DNA of 64,000 nucleotides from Lineus longissimus (Eukaryota): NCBI RefSeq assembly GCF_910592395.1, contig NC_088309.1, positions 22,769,923 to 22,833,922 of the forward strand, read 5' to 3'. Shown piece by piece: positions 36,623 to 47,942 of this stretch (position 1 is its first letter; each line of letters starts with the position of its first letter). The notes under the pieces were generated by a model. It saw only the letters and a program-made list of their open reading frames with translations, ran no database searches and was not told where the DNA came from. The position numbers and the translations under genes were made by a program.

Positions 36623-37970
36623 CGAGCTGAAATTAAGAGCAACATTCGAGAGCATTTTCCCATGATGACAGGTACTTTGCAAGCAATTCAGATCAACTAG
36701 TATATACCAGATTATCTAATGATTTACAAGCATCAAAGTTTTACAAAATATATTGATAGGAAATATGAGAAATTAGCAGATAAAATTGATTTACCAGTGC
36801 AAGCAAATTCAGTGTCAGGAATGTTGAGCAACCCGGAAGTCAAGTTGAAGTGCAATTGGGCTCTTCTACAAGGCTCTTCTATTCATATGACTGACTACCC
36901 CCTTCCACAGCGGAGAATCTTGGTATCTTTCTGCAGGGCTGAATAGCCATAATAACACCCAACTAACTTAAACTTCTTCCAGGTAATTATTTTTTGAATG
37001 GTTTTCTGTAAATACAACAAATTGTCATAAAAACCATAAATACATGACAACAAACCAAACCTGATACGGTGGTCGAGTGCAAAGGATAGATTTGCCTACA
37101 GTTTTGAAAACGAGGCTTTTGGAATAGTGGGAATTCCCAATATGTACAGGGTGATGGAAGACGCGACAATCACATTTCATGCCGAATATCAATCCATGGA
37201 AAATGCGCACAACGACGGTAGATCGGCAATTCACATTTTTACTTTGTGCCAGATTCATCAATGGAATTCACAAAAGCACTGACTTGTGATGTCTGATATA
37301 AGAAAGATTTCACAGATAAGCAAAACTTTCCCCTCTATAAGTATTACAGACCAACAGACCCAACATAAAAAGATAAAAATCTTTATTACTGATTAGATTC
37401 CCCTCTAAACGACTAGCCGACCCATCAAAGCAAGGAAGTTTAATAGTACATGTACCCATGATCAGAGTAAAGATCAATAACTGGAATCATATGAAACTCT
37501 CTCTCTCTTTGCTGCAAAATTAGTTAGCAGCTGTCATCACTTACTGGATGTGGTTGCACTTATTATCTATTCTATAATGCAAGTGCTGGCCCCTGACCAA
37601 TTCATCCGCTTGATACGGTCTCCATGTTGTCATAATAATTCACTATTTACCAGACTGTAAAATCGGTCCGGAGCCAATTACATCATTAATCACGTGAAAA
37701 AGCACCCGAAGTGGTAACACTACACAGTCGTGACAGCTCCTAACCGATTTCGCAGTAAAAATTAATACAAAGATCTCTAAGGATCTTCTAAGCAAAGATC
37801 TATGCATTGATTGAAAGTTGGAGCAACGCCAATTGACAATATATTAATTTTGTTGTATCAAAATAGACGGAAAGGGTTACATCAGTTTCTGATGAAACTC
37901 GACAATTGACATCATATTCTATTTTTAGGCCGACCTTTAACTCATTTGCCAATCAACACTCAAGTAGCTT

Positions 37971-37978
37971 ATGACGTC
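37971..37978 (+). promoter_or_regulatory. Palindromic CRE/ATF site TGACGTCA in the XBP1 promoter.
   Basis: A perfect octamer about 180 bp upstream of the XBP1 start codon and adjacent to the ERSE. Confidence 0.4.
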
Positions 37979-37991
37979 AAACCACCAACCA

Positions 37992-38010
37992 GCCAATGCT
38001 CAAACACCAC
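37992..38010 (+). promoter_or_regulatory. ER-stress response element (ERSE-I: CCAAT-N9-CCACG) in the XBP1 promoter, about 150 bp upstream of the ATG.
   Basis: The sequence is exactly CCAAT gctcaaaca CCACG, the NF-Y/ATF6 composite site. A second CCAAT lies at 37948-37952. Confidence 0.6.
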
Positions 38011-38155
38011 GTCCTCGCCGCAATCATTTCTAGTAATCCATACACAAACAGGAGGATGGTGTAGTCAAATTGCTGCGATATTTATCCCGATTCTGAGCTC
38101 TCAGAAGCTTTCCTTTCATTTTCGTTGATCCCTGCCAATAACCAAATATACAAAG

Positions 38156-38355
38156 ATGGCAGCGGTTACACCGAAAACGATTGTGATTACGACTTTGCCA
38201 CGAAAATCGACCATAGGAACGCAACAACATCAAATGTCTGCCATCACAAGACCCATGGCAGCTGTTCTCGGCTCGCCAGACATGACTGCCGATGGACAAC
38301 CTCGAAAACGTCGGCGGTTGACACATCTCAGTCCAGAAGAGCGGATGCTAAGAAG
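38156..38355 (+). CDS. XBP1: XBP1 exon 1 (MAAVTPKTIVITTLPRKSTIGTQQHQMSAITRPMAAVLGSPDMTADGQPRKRRRLTHLSPEERMLR + AG).
   Basis: ATG at 38156 and donor gtaaaac at 38356. Joined to exon 2 it gives ...LSPEERMLRRKLKNRVAAQTARDRKKAKMSELEE, which is the XBP1 basic region. Confidence 0.85.
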
Positions 38356-38655
38356 GTAAAACACGTTTTTTTTTCATTTCCCGTATTTCATATTACGGTT
38401 TGTTTGGAGGGATCGTTGTTATTGCGCTGTAAAAATATGAGTGTGACACCTTGTACTGTGCGTACACTACCTGTAAGTGTGTGCGTCCTCCAGTGTACGC
38501 AGGCAAGGTGTACCCTTGTATGCTGTCTCAGTCGTCCCTGTCATATCTTCCTTTATCCAATCCCTATTTAACGCAAGATTGTAATAACGATCATTTTTGG
38601 CTCATTTTCTTCTGTCGCCTATATTGCTGATGGTTCCCTGTTTGTTATTTTGCAG

Positions 38656-38973
38656 AAAACTGAAGAATAGAGTTGCTGCCCAGACTGCCCGTGACCGGAA
38701 AAAGGCCAAGATGTCTGAATTAGAAGAAGTGGTTGCAGAGCTAGAGGAAGAAAACAAAAAGCTGGCAGAAGAGAATGCCAAACTTTTGAGACGAACAGGA
38801 GCCCTTACAACAGAAAACATGACATTACGAGATCGGCTTGGGCAACAGCCCTTGGTTAAGAAAGAGCACACACCCCGCGAGTCTGCTGTACTCAATGTTT
38901 CTCTGCCGCAGGAACAGGTGTTTGCTCTTTCTCAACTAATGGCACATTGCAGGGCAATTCTACTGACGCTGAG
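38656..38973 (+). CDS. XBP1: XBP1 exon 2: bZIP basic region and leucine zipper, with the IRE1 unconventional splice region near its 3' end.
   Basis: Acceptor ttattttgcag. The peptide RKLKNRVAAQTARDRKKAKMSELEEVVAELEEENKKLAEENAKLLRRTGALTTENMTLRDRLG is highly similar to the XBP1 bZIP of vertebrates and invertebrates. Donor gtgagttc at 38974. Confidence 0.9.
38886..38905 (+). other. XBP1: Predicted IRE1-dependent unconventional 20-nt intron of XBP1 mRNA (ctgtactcaatgtttctctg).
   Basis: Hairpin 1 is stem GAGU/ACUC with the 7-nt loop CUG|CUGU. Hairpin 2 is a 7-bp stem UGUUUCU/AGGAACA with the 7-nt loop CUG|CCGC. Both loops fit the CNG|CNGN rule. Removing 20 nt (20 mod 3 = 2) fuses the bZIP frame to ...ESAAGTGVCSFSTNGTLQGNSTDAE-SDILLGLLEEISANTD..., which resembles the XBP1s sequence ESAAGAG...SDILLGILDNL. 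Confidence 0.75.
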
Positions 38974-39210
38974 GTGAGTTCAGGTTCTTTACTTGTTATC
39001 ACTGTCTTCTCATTTTGGCCATAAAAAGTAGCGTGGTCTGTGACTACAACCTTTGTTGAAGTAGATTTGTATGCTAAGCAAGCTGAGGTTGTAAATTCTA
39101 ATCATTTTTGTTACTCATTACTGTTTGTTTAACAAAAATAATCTCTGTTGCCATTTTAGCTAAAAAGTGCAAGGACTGTACTTATGTCTACTTTTTCTTT
39201 ATACTTTCAG

Positions 39211-39921
39211 TCTGACATACTGCTTGGTTTACTCGAAGAAATCAGCGCAAACACTGACGCAGTCATTAGTAGTCGAGGAATATCTACACAAGGAGCCCAG
39301 CAGCCCATTACAACACACAGCGCCTCCTCACAAATGGTGGGGGCGGCACCAAAAGAATTGGAATCCGTCAATGAACTGATTAAGTTTGATCATGTCTACT
39401 TCAAATCTGAACCAGCAACGTTAAACGCAATGACACAAATGCCAATTGCCATGGAAACCCAGTCTGTTGATGGAGTTGTCCCTGTCGTGCAAAACAGTGG
39501 AAACAAACAAGAATATAATAATGACTCTCATATGCCAGAGAATGTTATCAGCATCAAGGACTTTGAGTCATTGGAAAGTTTACTCTCAGAGGATTGGATT
39601 TCTATGGTAACAGACAATTGTGACACGATTTCCAAGGACAAATTATCAGGAGCTAGTGCTGCCTTACACCAGCCCTTAGATTGTACCAAGGTGCAGTCAC
39701 AGGCAAGAAGTGGCTCACATGCCATTAATATGCATCAGGACACAACGAAACTGGCCCCGGTTGGCACCATGGACAATATGTGTGCAGGATCGCTGAGTGA
39801 CTCTGGTTTAAGTGACTACAGCTACAGTGATGTTGGGTCACCTAATAGTGTTGGTTCGTCTATGTTGAGTGATGATGCATGGGAGGAGTCATTTGGTGAA
39901 TTGTTCCCATGTTTATTGTAA
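39211..39921 (+). CDS. XBP1: XBP1 exon 3. In the spliced (XBP1s) frame it encodes the C-terminal transactivation domain ending ...DDAWEESFGELFPCLL*. In the unspliced (XBP1u) frame it terminates at 39379 (...HKWWGRHQKNWNPSMN*).
   Basis: Acceptor atactttcag at 39210. The XBP1s frame is the ORF 39184-39921, with SDILLGLLEE, INELIKFDHVY-like and WEESFGELFP motifs. The XBP1u frame is the ORF ending at 39379. Confidence 0.85.
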   Translation, partial: SDILLGLLEEISANTDAVISSRGISTQGAQQPITTHSASSQMVGAAPKELESVNELIKFDHVYFKSEPATLNAMTQMPIAMETQSVDGVVPVVQNSGNKQEYNNDSHMPENVISIKDFESLESLLSEDWISMVTDNCDTISKDKLSGASAALHQPLDCTKVQSQARSGSHAINMHQDTTKLAPVGTMDNMCAGSLSDSGLSDYSYSDVGSPNSVGSSMLSDDAWEESFGELFPCLL

Positions 39922-42900
39922 ATTAAATGTAACGTTTTAACTCTGCTGTTCACCGGGGTAAAGTGGCGAAATGAACACAATCTCACCACTTTTAAAAGTA
40001 GTGGTGACTTGGGTCAAATTTCATTTTGATGAGGATGGTGTCTTTTACACAATATTGTAATCTTTGTGAACAGCAGAGGTTTAAAAAAATTTAGAAGTGT
40101 AAATAGTATATTTATTTTTTTGTCAAAAAGTTGTGGTCTATGTGGGAATATATTGCATCAGTTTAACACAAGCAGGTCTATTATCAAGAATGTCGTAAGG
40201 AACAGATTGTTACTTGTACCACTGTGGAGTTGCCAGTAATATCTTGAAGACTAAAGTACATTTTGGATCATATTACTCATTAGACAGTCAAAAACACATT
40301 TGGTGATTGTAGGTCTAACTTTTCTTCCTTCCGATACCATGGATATTAAAGGAAAAGTGCAGATTGCACTATACATCATGTTGTGCAGTAATCATTCTGA
40401 TCAATTTAGATATCATCTTCGGATGTCAGAATGCCATCCGTGCATCTCCTCATCTTGTGGTGTATTAAGGGAGGAAAAGAAGTCTAATAATGAAAGGATT
40501 CGTCAATTTACCATTTCTCCAGTCTGCTGTTGGTGTTGGTGCAGGATGTCAGTTTTCAACACGGTGTTTGTGACTCTGTTATCTTGTTAAAAGTATTGCT
40601 GTTATAGTTTCAGAACTTATTGTCTCAATGCATGGACTGACCCTCCGGTTGAGTTGGCCTATATTTACACATTTACAAATGGACTGAAAGTGCAATGAGA
40701 AATTGATTGACCGCTATTCTTTTACAGGTATTTTGAGACCATGTAAGTAGGTGTCATTTGTGGGAATTACCAAACTTTACAAATTTGCAGAAACTGACCT
40801 AGGACTATTCCTATTATCAGTGGTGTACATATCTAATTTGTCCTTGGAAATAAAAAGCATTTAGTTGCTAGTTCATACCACGATATTTGTTTGTACATGT
40901 CTATGAATCTTGGCTTCACCAATATGAGCCTTAAAACATCAACAGCCTGATATCTATTTGTTCCTTTGGCTACCTGCAACTTTAGGAGCATGTGAATGAC
41001 CCAGATTTGTAAGGATCTAAATGGGTGTTATCACCTGCATACATTGGCTCAACACATCTGATGGGAAGGAGGTTCAAGTACATGAACCTCAGTATCAAAG
41101 AATGTGTGCCCAAGTAAAATGGACAGCATGGGGGATATTCCCAATTTGGGAGGTGGGAGTCCTTGATATATCTCCCCACTGTCTTCTACTCTAGACATGC
41201 TAACTGAGACTGTCACATGGTTGTGGCTGTGTCCAATTATGAGCCGCCTTAGTCCATCTTGGCCCTCAATGTATTTACATTGCTCAGCTTCCAGACAACG
41301 CGCATAGGAGTCGATAGTATGGGTGTATACCAATGTTGGCCGAAATAGAAGAGCTTGTATCCTGACCGACTGTGGCCAACATGTTGGCCATAAGCTGTAA
41401 TGTGGGAACTGTCTCAACCATTCTAGTCACACCAGGAGTACCCTCTGAAAAGGGTGCCATAGAAAATTCACATGGAAAATATACATGACGCTGTGATGTA
41501 GTCCATGGAGGTACTATGATAAAACTTCCGTGTAGTGGGCTGATCGACCAGCAGCCACGAGGTCCCTGATTCAGTCCCCAGTCTGGTTACTCTAAGCTCG
41601 GGGCATGTCTGTCTGCCTCGGCCTTACATGCCTTACTCTACCCTGTGTATAGTGTCATTGGTACCAGCTAGTATTAACCTGGTTCTACTCATCCTGATAC
41701 ATCCATCAGGAGCCGAGTCAATGTTCGCGCCGTCGGCCCGGCACACAAAGCGAATGAACCCACGAATTCCCCGAGTTCTACTAAAAAAGTTTCAGGATAT
41801 CTATATCTAGACCGGTCTAACGCCGTTTTTATGTCCCCTCATTGTTTTAGAACGCTGAAAGATAGATTGTGACGTTTTTCCATGTTTCCCGCCTGTTGGA
41901 AAGTCCTCGATCGTCTCTCCAGCTATAGCTGTCTAATATTAGACTCCGGACGCAGTGGACTGGGCTCCTCCTCAAGTTCTGTCACCCGGGCTGTCACACG
42001 AGAAGAGACGATCAGGATGACAAAATTGACTTCCCCGGGAGAGTACCTGTTTGGAAACACTGAAATATTGGTAATTATAACAGCCGTAGATGTAGTGTAT
42101 AAAGAATGATGATCTCTTCTCTTGTTGATATCAGACTTTATCTTTTATTATTTCACAAGAACTCGCATCGCTTCTTTCACATCTTTGTATTTGACATGTA
42201 GCTCCGGTTCTAAAAGTGGCTTGAATCTCGCCGTTTGTTTAATCTGTCTTGACTTGAGTTGGCATCAGGGCCAGTGTTTGACGACTTCTTCCTTGGTCCC
42301 TCTTCCATCAGGCGTTTTACAATAGGTGGTAAAACCGGACGGCCCATTCGTATACTGTCCCATTCTGATGGAGTTGTGATGACAGTAGATAAAATCATTT
42401 CTGCAAAACAATGGAATTAGTGGTCCAACTTTCAGTTTTGTGACAATGGTGCATATACTTACTCATATTCGGACGCTATAGAAAAGCAATGACAAACTAC
42501 TCTCGTCATGGACACACCAACGAGTAATACTCCCGGGGCATTACTTTAATTAATTGGAGCAAAGACACGGGGCCTGATTGATACCATCATGAGATTCAGG
42601 TTTTTGATACTCCTACCTCGTATACAAATAAGTATACTACATGTACTTCGTTTGAAATTTCGAGAGGCGGCGTATATTGAAAACCACTTATGCCAGGATG
42701 GATTGATACCCGGGATTCACCAACGAGTAGGCCTACTTGGCGCGTTACTTACCCGATTCACCAGATTTTGTCGGTCGAGTCCGGGAATTGTGGGGGGCGA
42801 CACGTTCTGACCTTTTATCCGGTCGCCCATCATTCTGTTTGTCGCCAACATCCTCTTCAAATGAGTATTCAGAAAACACACACCCCATTTAATAGGCCAA

Positions 42901-43824
42901 CATAGGTACGGATATTTAAACCATGCATCCCATTACCTCATGACATTCTAAGTTTCTGATATGAAGAAAGAAGATTTCATGACTCCTGATGCGTTGTTAC
43001 TACGCGTGTGACGTCACACCTATGTCATCGTTCATTGCCATTGGTGACGCTAGGTCTGAATGAATAACGTCATACAATATAGTGGACGTAGATACGGATT
43101 TTTTGGAAAATCCTAATTATTCTTACAAATTATTCATTCCGGACGCAGTTGGCCGGCCTCGTCCTGACGCCTGATACGCATTTAAAAGGGAAAGACGGTG
43201 ACGAAATGAACTGCATAGGAGTCTAGTGTTGCCAAGAATGTCATTGTTTTTTTTATCGGGCATAATGCCATAAAGTTTGTTCAAAGTAAGAATATTGACG
43301 AATGCTGACGAATGCTGAAGCTTTGAATATGCTTCCAACTACATTTCCTCTGAGTTCCAATTTGATTATCATCATCATGGACGTTCTGCTCCCAACTGTG
43401 ATTGATTTAGGCTGCTCATACTGATTTCTCGAACTCGTCAAATGGCAAATGCATGTCGGCGGCGACTTCGGCGACCGACTCACTCCTCACCCACGTCCCG
43501 TTCTCGGGAGCCAGTGTATCGTTTTTGGTAATTCACCAAATGTCAGTGTTTCCAAGCAATAGACAGCTGTGTGGGCTATTTTTCGGTTTTAGGGCTAGAG
43601 CGACCATGGCATTTCAATAGTTTGGTCCACTTCAATCTCAGAGTGAGACTTGGTAAGGAGCAAGGACAAAATGAGTCAATATGTCTTTCAGCATTCCTTA
43701 TACATCATAGCCAGAGCATATGAATTGATGAAGGAAAATGAGTCGAGACGAAATGAAATTTCTCAATATTTATTCAATTTGTAATGCTTCGTCTGACAGA
43801 AAATCACATGACATTCGCGTGCAG

Positions 43825-43981
43825 TTACGAGTTGTATCTCTTGGACTCTATATTCCCGCTTAAAGTGAAACAGGACGTCCCCAGAACGTCGAAGAAAGTA
43901 TGACCAATTACGTCAGAGACGAGAGGGTCGTGGTTTCCGTGAAGGCAGGTACGAAACGCGTTATCACAGTCGCAAAGAGAC
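43825..43981 (-). CDS. Group III sPLA2, gene 1, C-terminal exon including the stop (M-SLCDCDNAFRTCLHGNHDPLVSDVIGHTFFDVLGTSCFTLSGNIESKRYNS*).
   Basis: Acceptor ttttgcag. The CDCDxxFxxCL motif matches group III PLA2 (bee venom LSCDCDDKFYDCL). Stop TAA at 43825-43827. Confidence 0.75.
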
Positions 43982-44685
43982 CTGCAAAAGTTAATTCAAA
44001 CAATTCGACTAATCCGGTTTATAAACAATGCGAAGTATATACCGCACCATTTATCTACCGCTCACGCACCTGTATTAAACCAATCAACACGTGGTCTCAC
44101 CATACCAGTTGAATGGTATTTTCTATTTAAGATATAATTTTTCTAAAATTGAGAATAAGGTGTGTTTAAAATGAAGAAAATGATGAAGTTTCAGTCCAAT
44201 TGGCTTACTTATGTGGTTTTGAGGCTCCATATAACCCGTCGTGGTGAAAAAGCTGACTCGCGGGTTAAAAGCCGTCAACCCCCCCCCCCCCCCTAAGTTC
44301 AGACCCCCCCCCCCCCCCAAACCCTGAAATTATCATGCATAACGTGCAACGAAAATTTCATGGTTTGACAGGCTAGGATAGGTCTATTTGGCTTTGAAAG
44401 CGTTCCTCCCAGATTACGTCTCGGAAAAAGTTATGAGCATGTAGAAAGGGAAAACGGCTTAAAACTTTATTACAGGTACGTGGCCTACCTTTCATGCCCG
44501 TGTAGTTAACCTTCGCCATGCCCTGACAATATCAGGCCATTCCACTCGATACATACTTACTCCCTCAGTGTATATCGTCATGTTGTAGATAGAAAAATTT
44601 TCAACATCATTCCAATTATTCCTGTTCACCTCATGCAAAACCCCTTCACAAGGCAAGTATGTTGCATATTGACACTATATCTTAC

Positions 44686-44851
44686 ATCGTGTACAATCTC
44701 CAGTTCCAGATACCGTATTTGTAACCCCAGGCAGGGATATATTTTGGGCAATGATCGTGTGCACGGCAACAAAGATCAGCTTTGGCTCCAGCTCCTGTCG
44801 CTACGTCCGAGTAATTTTCAGCGATATCGCCAGCACCACACCATTTCGTGC
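44686..44851 (-). CDS. Group III sPLA2, gene 1, catalytic exon (TKWCGAGDIAENYSDVATGAGAKADLCCRAHDHCPKYIPAWGYKYGIWNWRLYT).
   Basis: It carries the Ca-loop WCGAG and the active-site motif CCRAHDHC, as in bee-venom-type PLA2. Acceptor tttcag and donor gtaagat. Anchored to the minus ORF 44682-44894. Confidence 0.8.
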
Positions 44852-45098
44852 CTGAAAGGGATACGGGATAATATGGAATTGTTCTTGTAAACATTCAAAG
44901 ACGGTTTATGGGATTCTGCGGTCTTCTCAATCGATACTGACTCCGCATCTCAATTTTCCTTATTACGTAGGAGAGAAAACCCCTAAATGTCTGGATGTTT
45001 AGTCTGTCTGGTTACTCTAGGTTTAGTGTAGGGATTTGATTTGGCGTCAGTCATTTTGGTGAGCTTCCGAGCGTTTTCTACTGAAAATCAAGGTATAC

Positions 45099-45237
45099 CT
45101 GGAAAGATTCCTTTGAAAATGCTCTTCTTTTCTCGCGATTGCGTGATCAATCCTCTTCGGTACCTCTCAGCTGCAGATATTGACGAGGATGCCGAGACAG
45201 CCACCAAGACGACCGCGAGGACGATCAGAATCTTCAT
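45099..45237 (-). CDS. Group III secreted phospholipase A2, gene 1, signal-peptide exon (MKILIVLAVVLVAVSASSSISAAERYRRGLITQSREKKSIFKGIFP + G).
   Basis: The minus-strand ATG reads cat at 45235-45237. There is a hydrophobic signal peptide and a donor gtatacc. It joins the next exon in phase to give ...IFPG-TKWCGAG. Confidence 0.7.
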
Positions 45238-46544
45238 CGCGAACTGTTACGGTAAAATGACAACCAAGCTAAATTGAATATGATTCATACAATTCCTTCG
45301 CCATGCCTGTTCATGCATAATCTTTGGGGGTCAGAGATCCGTCAACATCATCTGCTTTGTATATTACTAAGCGATGATCTTCTTCTCAGTTTTCGGTTTA
45401 CTTGAAAATACATGTATAAAACCAGGCTTCGAATTGAATTCACAGGCCGGGTTTCGGCGTATATGGGGGCTAACGACAACCTGGTATACGCTCGGTGGGT
45501 TTTCAGTATAGACTTGTCCCCATCGGGTCACTTCACTGCCGGTGCTCCTGACCTCACTCTCCCTATAGCAAACTAAGCCGAGGCTGCGGGCAACAACTTA
45601 TTTCGGAACGGAGAGTATAGCGTTCCAAAGGAATCAAGACTATCAAGATATCTTACCTCTTATCAGTTTGAGACAGCCTTTTTCGCCGTAATTGCAGCAA
45701 TACTTACTGGACAGGAGACTGAAGCAGGAAAGGGGAATTATATAGGTTTTATTGTCCTCTGTATCCATATGGCGCTTAAGAATATATTCCAAAATTCAAT
45801 TATTCATTGCTTTATTAATTTTCATACTACCCATTTATCAAAACCATATGTGAGGGGTTTAGTACATTCTATATTGTCCAAGTTCGTAAAAATCCCGGGG
45901 GCCTATCTTCTTGTCATGTTCTATTCTGCCAGCCACAAATCACGTTAGCTGGATGGGAGGGGCGGCGAAGTTGAGCGGGATTTTCCGGTAATTTGCTGCG
46001 TGACAATTTTACGCGTTCTTGATGAAGGTTGTTGAGGTAGTAAAAGACCTTTTCTAATACAGTGCCGCAGTGATTGCAGAATAGGTGCAGAATATGTACG
46101 TCGTCGTGCAGTTAAATCTATGAAATTTCACCTCGGCTCAAGTGCAGAACTTTAATGGCGAATATGAAATCTACTTAACATGAAACTCATGTAAATACAC
46201 CGTATTCTACTTTTGTTGTCATGACATGGTAATGAAACATCTGCTAGAATGTTTCTATGAAAGTGCATGTTCTCATTAATAATTTTACATAATATCATGA
46301 TTAAATGACGTCATAGCGCACCGCAGTGAACATCAATTATGGGGGAGGGGGGTCCCGTGGCAGCGCAAGCTTGTCGTTATTTCGAGAGGGTCGAGGCCAA
46401 TTCACTGTGTTGCGGAGGGTACGGAGGGAATAACTCTGGACGTTCAGAATGATCTTAGATAGGATTCAAATCCTAGTAAAGATGGTAAAGACGAATTTTC
46501 AAACAAGCAGTCACAGCAGTTTATTAATATCACATTTTTACAGT

Positions 46545-46698
46545 TCAGTTATAATCAGTGTAATGAAGCTTTCCATCTAGGGTAAAGCATGGAACTCGTA
46601 AAACGTCAAAGAAGGTGTGACCAATGTTGTCCGAATTGACGGAGTCTTCCGTATCCTTCAAACAGTCGGCGAACTTCTGATCACAATCACATAATGAG
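46545..46698 (-). CDS. Group III sPLA2 C-terminal exon, copy 2 (SLCDCDQKFADCLKDTEDSVNSDNIGHTFFDVLRVPCFTLDGKLHYTDYN*).
   Basis: Acceptor ctttccag and stop TGA at 46545-46547. It is very similar to the gene-1 C-terminal exon. Confidence 0.6.
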
Positions 46699-47073
46699 CT
46701 GGAAAGGAATGTTGTTTAGCATGTATTAATCATGTAAATATTTTTACTGATTAACAATACATTATAGTTACAGCATTTATTAATTGCCATTTTTCATTTC
46801 TATTTACCTGCGGGATAGACGCATTCGTTTTACATTTGTATATCTAAATCAATAGGATCCTGGTATAACCAGTGGTTTTCAATATACTCCGCCTTTCAAA
46901 TTTGATTGATGAATCAATAGAGAAACTAATTGAAAAAAAGGTCTTATTTTCGTTAATCGGACAATAAGCAAATAAGCATGAAGTAAAACCATGGATCATG
47001 GGATACGAAGCCAATATATGAAATTCAAAGCGTGGAAAAAGGGTGATTCGGACGACGTGAAACCTTTGTATCA

Positions 47074-47221
47074 TTAATATTTGCTTCTGTACAACTTTCC
47101 GTTATCCTTGAAGCATGGCACCCTGATGAAGTTGAAGAAGATCTGGCCGACGCTGTTGGACACCTGGTCATTATTGTTCTTCAGGCAATCCAAGAACAGT
47201 TCATCACAGTCACAGTGCAGG
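47074..47221 (-). CDS. Group III sPLA2 C-terminal exon, copy 3 (I-LHCDCDELFLDCLKNNNDQVSNSVGQIFFNFIRVPCFKDNGKLYRSKY*).
   Basis: Acceptor ctttccag and in-frame stop TAA at 47074-47076. The CDCD...DCL motif is present. Confidence 0.6.
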
Positions 47222-47703
47222 CTGGAAAGTAAAAGCAGACGACATCTAGGTCAAGGTCACACGCCACAAACCAAGCAAGCGAGCAAGCAAATGGGTCAAA
47301 GTCAAAAAGTCAAGGTCAGAGAAGCAGTCGAATGAACAATCGTCGTTGTCATTCGTCACGCCGACTTAAGGAGAATTTCCCCCAAATATAAATGTTGTAC
47401 TCGTAAGGCTGTTGTGACGTTTTAATAACGCAAGTCTTTCCTAAATACTATCGGAGATGATATTTCTAACCACTGTGTATAGGAGTGTTGACAGACCGAT
47501 AGTCTGGAATTCGAGGAAGGGTCAAGTTACATGAGGATGCTGTGACTCCCGATCCACTCCCGATCACATGGATCATAGGTGAACACTATACGTTCAACGG
47601 TTTTCTTCAACGACGGCTTCTCAGACCAGACGTGGAGGTTGTGCGCACATGTATTTTAATGCTGCCGCCACGCGCAGCATTTAAAAGCATGAGAATATCT
47701 TAC

Positions 47704-47860
47704 ATCGTATACGGTCTCCAGTTGAAGATGCCATGTTTGTATTTGAAGGAATGAATATAATCAGGGCATTGGTCATGTTCACGGCAACAAGGATCGGCCT
47801 TGACTGGACCAAGATCGTCCTCATGATCGGCGATATTACCTGCGCCACACCATTTCGTTC
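47704..47860 (-). CDS. Group III sPLA2 catalytic exon, copy 2 (TKWCGAGNIADHEDDLGPVKADPCCREHDQCPDYIHSFKYKHGIFNWRPYT). No signal-peptide exon of its own was found.
   Basis: Acceptor aatctatag and donor gtaagat. It has WCGAGN and CCREHDQC. Its phase is the same as the other catalytic exons. Confidence 0.65.
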
Positions 47861-47942
47861 CTATAGATTTGGAAGAAGATTTATGTATATCGATTGCATT
47901 ATATTTCTCTACAACACTTTTTCCGAAAGCTTACGCTGACCA

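Noticed and set aside
38125-38571. A 148-aa plus ORF overlapping XBP1 exon 1 in another frame.
   Set aside because: It is out of frame with the clearly homologous XBP1 exon 1 (ORF 38156-38359) and runs through the intron. It is low complexity.
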